A DNA stretch of 64,000 nt from a candidate division TM6 bacterium UASB124. Lineage in GTDB: Bacteria; Babelota; Babeliae; Babelales; RVW-14. Position 1 is the stretch's first letter; every line of letters begins with the position of its first letter. Location: contig CAMDFF010000003.1 in the NCBI GenBank assembly GCA_945897315.1, positions 14,885 through 78,884 on the forward strand, in the 5' to 3' direction. The translations under genes were made by a program, and so were the position numbers. The notes under the pieces are model-generated. The model saw only the letters and a program-made list of their open reading frames with translations, ran no database searches and was not told the DNA's origin. Shown here piece after piece: positions 57,939 to 64,000 of this stretch.

Positions 57939-59537
57939 CTACTTAACCATCTTTAGGAAGATGCGTGATATCGGATAAGTGTATTTTTCTGATAACTCTT
58001 GCTCTTGCTGAATGACATTGGCCAGCGAGAGAACAACTGTAAGGCCTTCAATGTCCTCAAAAACAATATAGCCTGTGTCCAAGCTTTTTTGCATTGCTGA
58101 GCAGTAGTCATTAATCGTTCTGACGGGTTCCCCATTTACTTTTTCAAGCAGGTTAATAGCCCCCTGAAAAATATGATTTTTTGCGAGTGAAGATTCTGGG
58201 AAAACATAGGTTACGATGAGTCGTGGCTCTTGGCGATTTTCAGGGGTAATAAGTTTTGTAAACGTTGCTAAGTCAGAAGAGCCAGCAGTAAGGTATCGCT
58301 TAAGGTAGGGCAGAGCTAAAAAATAATGGTTCATTGTCATTTCCATGACTACGCAACCGGCAAAAATTTCGTAAGCAGGTTCTGCATCAAAGGGTAAGTA
58401 TTTTCTTTTGATTTGGTACGGGTTGCCAAGCTTTTTAGTAACGGCAAGTGTTATTTTTTTCCCATTGCGCCAGCATTCAATAAAGAATGTATCGCCGTAA
58501 TGAATACGGCCTAAAACGTCATAAAATTCCATTTTATATGAAGACCAAGGCACCGTAACGTAGCCAAAGCGGTCAATAGGCATGCGCTTGCCGGTAACGA
58601 TGAATGTGCTAATGACATCATTTTTTTGAAGTCCCGCAGCACCGAATAAAGAATTTTTTTCTACATGGGTTACCAATAACCCACCATCGCCAGGCACCTT
58701 GAGGTACGCAAAAGTATCAGGGGTGGTTGCCGACCCGCTCAGCCCCCAAAATGGCCACTCTAATACTTTGCCATCTTTAAGTTCATCGAGCACGACTTTT
58801 TCACGAGTAATAGGAAGCACATAGTTCAATCCTTGCTGATTTTCACCTGCTACCAAAATACCAACCACCTTACCGTGTTGATTAACGCAGGCACCGCCAG
58901 AATTGCCAGGAAATGATGCAGCTGTTGTGGTAAAACATTCCCCACAATTACTAATAGATTCGTGGCCCGAAATAGTTCCCGTTGCGTGTTTTATGTGTTC
59001 TGCTCCAAGAGGGTATCCCACGAGCATCACATTTTCGCCTTGCCTGATGAGGTCAGAATCGCCAAGTTCAAGCGTTTTGATTTGTTTATTACCCATTTTT
59101 TGTTCAAGCAGTGCCCGCTGGCCAGGCTTAAATTGTAGTCGAGCAACATCAAACTCTGGACTGCCTCCAACAAATTCAAGTTCAATCAGCTCTTTCCAGG
59201 CGTTAGGGTGCTGCATATAAATAACATCAGCCTTATCAATCACATGATAGTTGGTAATAATTGCTAGCTCTCCCTTTAATAGTACAAAAAAACCACTACC
59301 AGAGCTATTTTGCTGGGGATCTTTTTGATAGGGGGTGTGAAAATTAAACGGTGATTTACACGCAAAAATTTGTACCGTAGATTCTTTAACTTCATCAAAA
59401 ATATCAGGCCATGAAGGGTTGAGTGAGGTTATATTTTTGACTGGCGCTACGGTTTTTTTTAATGCTGCTTTTGCAATTACGGGCGTACTGTAGATAGTTA
59501 ACAAACTATATAACAAGACTAATTTTTTATTGATCAT
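57939..59537 (-). CDS. Trypsin-like serine protease with PDZ domains (paralog), exported
   Basis: Triad TNYHVI / DVARL / GNSGG; YEIFAGCVVMEMT; signal peptide. Confidence 0.9.
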   Translation of the reverse strand: MINKKLVLLYSLLTIYSTPVIAKAALKKTVAPVKNITSLNPSWPDIFDEVKESTVQIFACKSPFNFHTPYQKDPQQNSSGSGFFVLLKGELAIITNYHVIDKADVIYMQHPNAWKELIELEFVGGSPEFDVARLQFKPGQRALLEQKMGNKQIKTLELGDSDLIRQGENVMLVGYPLGAEHIKHATGTISGHESISNCGECFTTTAASFPGNSGGACVNQHGKVVGILVAGENQQGLNYVLPITREKVVLDELKDGKVLEWPFWGLSGSATTPDTFAYLKVPGDGGLLVTHVEKNSLFGAAGLQKNDVISTFIVTGKRMPIDRFGYVTVPWSSYKMEFYDVLGRIHYGDTFFIECWRNGKKITLAVTKKLGNPYQIKRKYLPFDAEPAYEIFAGCVVMEMTMNHYFLALPYLKRYLTAGSSDLATFTKLITPENRQEPRLIVTYVFPESSLAKNHIFQGAINLLEKVNGEPVRTINDYCSAMQKSLDTGYIVFEDIEGLTVVLSLANVIQQEQELSEKYTYPISRIFLKMVK

Positions 59538-59631
59538 ACGATATCCTCTTGCATTTTATACTAAACAGACCCTATCTTAACGGCATGACAAGCAAAATAC
59601 AAATTCGGGTAATTACCAAGGTTTTCTACGC

Positions 59632-60237
59632 ATGATTGATCAATTACAGGGAACTATTAGCGCTATTAAAGAAAAAATGCTTACGCTTACTGTGCATGGC
59701 GTTGGCTTTGGGTTACACGTTTCACAGCCAGCGCAGTACGTGTGTAATCAGGAGCAGCTGTTTTATACCTATCTCCATTGGCACCCAGATAATGGGCCGA
59801 GTTTGTATGGTTTTGCGACAGAGCTTGAGCGAAGAGTTTTTTTGTTGATTATTGATTGTCCAAAAATTGGCCCTAGTATTGCTAACAATATTTTGTCGCA
59901 GCTATCGGCCGGCCATTTCTTAGAGCTAATTGCCACTGCAAATCAAGATGGTCTTTCTTCATTGCATGGTATTGGCAGCAAAAAAGCAGAACAGTTAATT
60001 GTTGAGCTTAAGCAAAAAGTGCAAAAATTGCTCAAGTCCGGCGACGTTGTTGTTGAGCAGCAGCAAAGCTTTGTGCAATGGCAACAGTTGCAGGATGTTC
60101 TGACTTCTCTTAATTATAGCAGGCAAGAGATTTCAAAAACGACACAATACTTGGCAGATAAATATGCCCAAGAGCCTCAACCCCTTGACCATCTGATTAG
60201 GGCAGCCCTTGCTTTCTTATCACAAAAACAAGCTTGA
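59632..60237 (+). CDS. ruvA: Holliday junction branch migration protein RuvA
   Basis: MIDQLQG, HGVGF, LYGF, KIGPSIA and HGIGSKKAEQL HhH motifs. Confidence 0.92.
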   Translation: MIDQLQGTISAIKEKMLTLTVHGVGFGLHVSQPAQYVCNQEQLFYTYLHWHPDNGPSLYGFATELERRVFLLIIDCPKIGPSIANNILSQLSAGHFLELIATANQDGLSSLHGIGSKKAEQLIVELKQKVQKLLKSGDVVVEQQQSFVQWQQLQDVLTSLNYSRQEISKTTQYLADKYAQEPQPLDHLIRAALAFLSQKQA

Positions 60238-60763
60238 AAGATGTGGCTTTACGCTGATTGAATTACTGCTGGTAGTAAGTATTTTACTTGTGCTGGCAGC
60301 GATAGCTGTGCCACGCCTCCTTAAGCGTTCGGCTACTGCAGATCTGATTGCAACATTGAAAGAGCTTGAGATGCTGTGTTTATGTGCACAGCAAAATGCG
60401 TATGCAGGTAATAAAGAGCACGTTATTACAATTGATGTTGATGCTCAGCGGTGCACGCTGACAACACAGCAACATACGTGGTTGGTTGAGCTACCAAAAA
60501 CATGCCAGTTCGGGATTTTGCAAAATGCGTTTGGGCCTCCGGGTGATCCCTTCAAGAAGATTACACAGAAAATAACATTTCCAATGGAAAATAAAAAACA
60601 TATAATACGCTTTCAGTCAACGGGGTCTGTCTCCCCAGGAACTGCTTATATAATTGACAAACAGGAATCACGGCTAGGCGCTTTAACCTGCGGTGTTTCT
60701 CAGGTATCCTATATAAGAAAGTATGTGTATAACAATGGTTCTTGGCTGTTGCTAACAAAGTAA
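60209..60763 (+). CDS. Prepilin-type N-terminal cleavage/methylation protein (GspH/FimT-like)
   Basis: G|FTLIELLLVVSILLVLAAIAVP type IV pilin leader; TTG start overlaps the ruvA end. Confidence 0.8.
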   Translation: MLSYHKNKLERCGFTLIELLLVVSILLVLAAIAVPRLLKRSATADLIATLKELEMLCLCAQQNAYAGNKEHVITIDVDAQRCTLTTQQHTWLVELPKTCQFGILQNAFGPPGDPFKKITQKITFPMENKKHIIRFQSTGSVSPGTAYIIDKQESRLGALTCGVSQVSYIRKYVYNNGSWLLLTK

Positions 60764-63567
60764 GCCTGAAAGCGTTTTTAATGTTGCGACTCATGTTGCG
60801 TATCATGACCGCTTTTGCCGTCAGTCTTGTACTTGCTCTCTGGGTTGTCCAGAATAGTACTGCGCTACAAGATGCTGTCGGCGCCCGTATTATCCAGCTC
60901 GTCGAAAAAGAGTGGTCTGCGCATGTGAATTCATGCAAGCCGCGTATCAACTTTTTTACTTTTTCGCTGTACCTGGAAAAAGGGATAGTCACGCCTACTG
61001 ATGACAAACAGTTTTCGTGGTCATTTGATGCATGCCATGTCCGTGTATCACCTCTTGCATTGCTTGTGGAGCATGCAGCCCACTTGTACATTACGTTTAA
61101 TAATATTACAGCTACGACGAGGGCAACTGATAGCCAAATTGATTTATTAGCACATATTCAATCCATCTTTGCCCCAACAAGCCTTGATATTGCTATTGAG
61201 CCAAAAGCGCTGACCATTAATAATATTGATCTTACTCTTACGTATAACAATAGGGTTCTCTCCTGTAAGGCCCCTGGAAAGTTTTATATAGCAAATGATC
61301 AAGACTATATGCGCTTTAACGAGCAAACGTGGCACGGGTCGCTTGAGGTAGAGCATGCAATGCTAAGCTTGCAGGATGCAGTCTATGCGCATCAAGCAAA
61401 GGGGCGTCTGAACTTTTATCGTAACAATCGTGATGGGAGCTGGCTTTTTTCTTCGCAATTACATACTAAATTGCCTGTGCTTGATCCAGCTATGGATTAT
61501 GCGATTGAGGGTAGTTGGGATGTGAAGGGTGGCGGTGTTTTACTGACCGACAGCCAAGCAAAAACCCGTGTTGCTACTACGTTTTCATACCCATGGACCA
61601 TAGGAGTGAAGGGGGTGTTTCCAGCTAATCATATCAAAACGGCTGTTACATTACTTGCTAGCAATACGCAGAATATAAGCCCTGTCGATGGGACCTGTGC
61701 TGTTGATCTTGTGCTACTGCCAGATGAACAAGCAATTAGAAGCAGTGGCACCGTTGATTTTAATGCAGTGAAAATTGGTGATCTTGTCTTCCAGCACATT
61801 GGTATTAATCTTTATCCAACAGCTGATCAGCTCAGTGCTAATATCGCATTGCAGCAATCTGCTGCCTACGGCATGGCAGGAACGCTTGCGTGGGATTGGC
61901 AGAAGCAACACGGCAGCTTAACGCTAACCAATACGGAGTCATTGCAGCCACCGGGTATTGCAGGCGCGCAAGGGCATTATGTTATTCAACCAAGAGGCTG
62001 CTGCGTACGGCTTACGTGTGATACAGATGGGCTTTGTAAGGGGGTGTACGATTGCAGTATCACCAGTGCTATGTATGATAAAACGATTAATCACCATGGA
62101 CTCTTAGCAATCAAGAACAAAAAGATTGCGATTAAGGGCCGTGACGATAGTGGCACCTATGCTGCAAAAGCTTCATGTGACCCTCATTTTTATTTTACCA
62201 GTGTACGTTATGCGGCGCATGATATTCCAATACTTGCTTGCAAGGCAAGTAAACAAAATCCGTTTTTATTGAAAGGATCAGTCAGTTGGCAGTTTGTGAG
62301 AAAGTTTTTAGACCAACAGACTCGCCGTATGATTTTTGGAAATAAAAGCTCGTTTAAATTTGCGCTCAACCAACAAAATCTCCAGGCGATCAAGGCTGAT
62401 GTGGCATTAGAACATGGCTCATTTTATATGCCTGAGTATCATAACTTATTGCAGGCATGCAAAGCGTCGATTACCGTGCAGCCGAAAGAAAAGCGCTTTG
62501 AAATTGATAATTGCTCAATTGGTATGAGCAAGGGCGTTATTACCTGTCCGCATGCTGTTGTGCAGCTAGATGAGAATAATAATATTAAGCACCTGATGGC
62601 TCCTCTGTGTATTGATAACTTATTTGTTAATTGGAAAAAAGATTTTTTAGGGTTTGTTTGTGGAACCCTTACCCTGGATCAAACTGATCAAGAGCCAGCA
62701 ATGCTTTCAGGTACTCTTGTGCTTAAAAAGTCCCTCTTGAGAGACGCTTTTTTACGAGGTGAATCGCCCCAAAATCTTTATGGATCGACAGGGTCATTGA
62801 CTCCTCAGTTGCCATTTCCGCTTGGTTTTGATGTACGCCTTGTAACCGAAAAACCGATTAAAGCAAACACCGGCTCATTCAATGCTCAGGCGAATGTTGA
62901 TTTAAGGTTTGTCAGTGCCCCGCAAAGAGAGTTTTTTGCGGCTCCTATTGTTACCGGCAGTATTGATTTAGAAAAAGGCGCATTGAGGATTCTTAATCAG
63001 TCGCTGAATATTCAGTATGGTAAAATTCAGTTTATTCATAATAATTTTAGCGATCCGCTTGTTGATTTGGTGGCTCGTAACCGCATAGGTAAATACTTAG
63101 TTACGCTGCAAGCGACGGGCTCTCTCCAAAAACCAACTATTTTATTAGAGTCAATGCCAGCTCTCAGCGAGGAGCAAATTATTAGCTTATTGCTCACGGG
63201 CGCGGAGCAATCAACACTGCAAGCAGATCTGCCAGCTATGTTGTTGCAGAATCTTGATGTGCTTGTTTTTAGTAATAGAAAAGAGACTAAGGGGCAGGTT
63301 TTAATGGATACGCTCACAAAGACATTTAAGTACGTTCAGATTACGCCTAATCTTGATGCGAGTAAGAGTGGGCGAGGTGCGCTAAGGGGTTCGATTTCAG
63401 TTAATGTAACTGATCAGCTACGCGCAAAAATCGATAAAGACCTTGATACGCAAAGCAATTTTTCAGCACAAATTGAGTATTTGCTTTCTGATAATCTTAA
63501 TTTAAAACTTGTTCAAGAGCAGCGCGGTGAGCGTGGCATAGAGCTTGAGTTTCAAGTTAAAATCTAA
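60742..63567 (+). CDS. TamB/AsmA-like translocation and assembly module protein
   Basis: N-terminal TM anchor, beta-rich body, C-terminal DPLVDLVA...GSLQKPTILLESMPALSEEQIISLLLTG (DUF490-like). Confidence 0.75.
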   Translation: MAVANKVSLKAFLMLRLMLRIMTAFAVSLVLALWVVQNSTALQDAVGARIIQLVEKEWSAHVNSCKPRINFFTFSLYLEKGIVTPTDDKQFSWSFDACHVRVSPLALLVEHAAHLYITFNNITATTRATDSQIDLLAHIQSIFAPTSLDIAIEPKALTINNIDLTLTYNNRVLSCKAPGKFYIANDQDYMRFNEQTWHGSLEVEHAMLSLQDAVYAHQAKGRLNFYRNNRDGSWLFSSQLHTKLPVLDPAMDYAIEGSWDVKGGGVLLTDSQAKTRVATTFSYPWTIGVKGVFPANHIKTAVTLLASNTQNISPVDGTCAVDLVLLPDEQAIRSSGTVDFNAVKIGDLVFQHIGINLYPTADQLSANIALQQSAAYGMAGTLAWDWQKQHGSLTLTNTESLQPPGIAGAQGHYVIQPRGCCVRLTCDTDGLCKGVYDCSITSAMYDKTINHHGLLAIKNKKIAIKGRDDSGTYAAKASCDPHFYFTSVRYAAHDIPILACKASKQNPFLLKGSVSWQFVRKFLDQQTRRMIFGNKSSFKFALNQQNLQAIKADVALEHGSFYMPEYHNLLQACKASITVQPKEKRFEIDNCSIGMSKGVITCPHAVVQLDENNNIKHLMAPLCIDNLFVNWKKDFLGFVCGTLTLDQTDQEPAMLSGTLVLKKSLLRDAFLRGESPQNLYGSTGSLTPQLPFPLGFDVRLVTEKPIKANTGSFNAQANVDLRFVSAPQREFFAAPIVTGSIDLEKGALRILNQSLNIQYGKIQFIHNNFSDPLVDLVARNRIGKYLVTLQATGSLQKPTILLESMPALSEEQIISLLLTGAEQSTLQADLPAMLLQNLDVLVFSNRKETKGQVLMDTLTKTFKYVQITPNLDASKSGRGALRGSISVNVTDQLRAKIDKDLDTQSNFSAQIEYLLSDNLNLKLVQEQRGERGIELEFQVKI

Positions 63568-63581
63568 GTTTTGGTGAGCCG

Positions 63582-64000
63582 TTAAGCTTTATTAATTTCT
63601 TCAGCAGGGCTGAGCTCATTTTTTATGGACGAACTTGCCATCACGTGATCACGCTGTTTTTCCAGTGCGAGCAAGCGTTGTTGTTGCTCGTTGCACTGTT
63701 TTAATAGATCAGTTTTTTCTTGGTCAAAGCTCTTTTTGACTGACGCGAGCTGGCTTCTTGTCTCATGCTGGCCATCGGATAATTTTTTTTTCAGCTCACG
63801 GCACTCAGTTGATGATGTTTTTGCTATTTTATATAATTTTGCGACCTGGTCGAGTAAGGCGTATATTTTTGGCTGAATGATCGGAAACTGCTTGCGAATG
63901 CCAATTAAGCCATCGGTAATTTTACCGTAAGCCTCAGAAGCTATATCCCCATTTGCTAATCCGCTGCTAGAGAGTAGTAGCAAAGTAAAAAGAAAAATAC
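63582..64000 (-). CDS. Hypothetical coiled-coil protein (5' end outside window)
   Basis: Frame is open to the window edge; hydrophobic signal-like stretch then heptad-rich helices. Confidence 0.6.
   Translation of the reverse strand, partial: IFLFTLLLLSSSGLANGDIASEAYGKITDGLIGIRKQFPIIQPKIYALLDQVAKLYKIAKTSSTECRELKKKLSDGQHETRSQLASVKKSFDQEKTDLLKQCNEQQQRLLALEKQRDHVMASSSIKNELSPAEEINKA

Noticed and set aside
60561-61091. 176-aa minus-strand ORF
   Set aside because: Antisense to the pilin and tamB-like genes; no recognisable features

Overview
A 64-kb, roughly 40% GC bacterial chromosome segment made mostly of housekeeping genes: mnmG, sufBD, gyrB, glmS, radA, tdk, kdsB, murA, atpG, a tRNA-rpmG-secE-nusG-rplKAJL-rpoBC block, rpsO-pnp-rph, rng, gatB, ruvA and a tamB-like gene, plus seven tRNAs. 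The diderm envelope genes, broken operons, PD-(D/E)XK AAA-ATPase and many signal-peptide orphans suggest a host-associated intracellular bacterium, most likely Ca. Dependentiae/Babelota (TM6); this assignment is inference. No CRISPR array, transposase or prophage was seen. Main points of interest: (1) an AAA-ATPase/PD-(D/E)XK nuclease gene tightly sandwiched between two paralogous, probably exported peroxiredoxin-fold genes that lack the catalytic Cys; (2) an 8-Cys insertion in RpoB resembling the RpoC zinc-binding domain; (3) a degenerate duplication of the tRNA-Thr 3' end enclosing REP-like inverted repeats; (4) a TipA/Mta-type MerR gene with its operator and a candidate internal start; (5) a Cys-to-Asp, fosfomycin-resistant-type MurA; (6) tandem Deg/HtrA proteases, one with an SD-sequestering hairpin; (7) secreted orphans with eukaryote-like motifs and a decaying paralog cluster; (8) widespread break-up of normally conserved operons.
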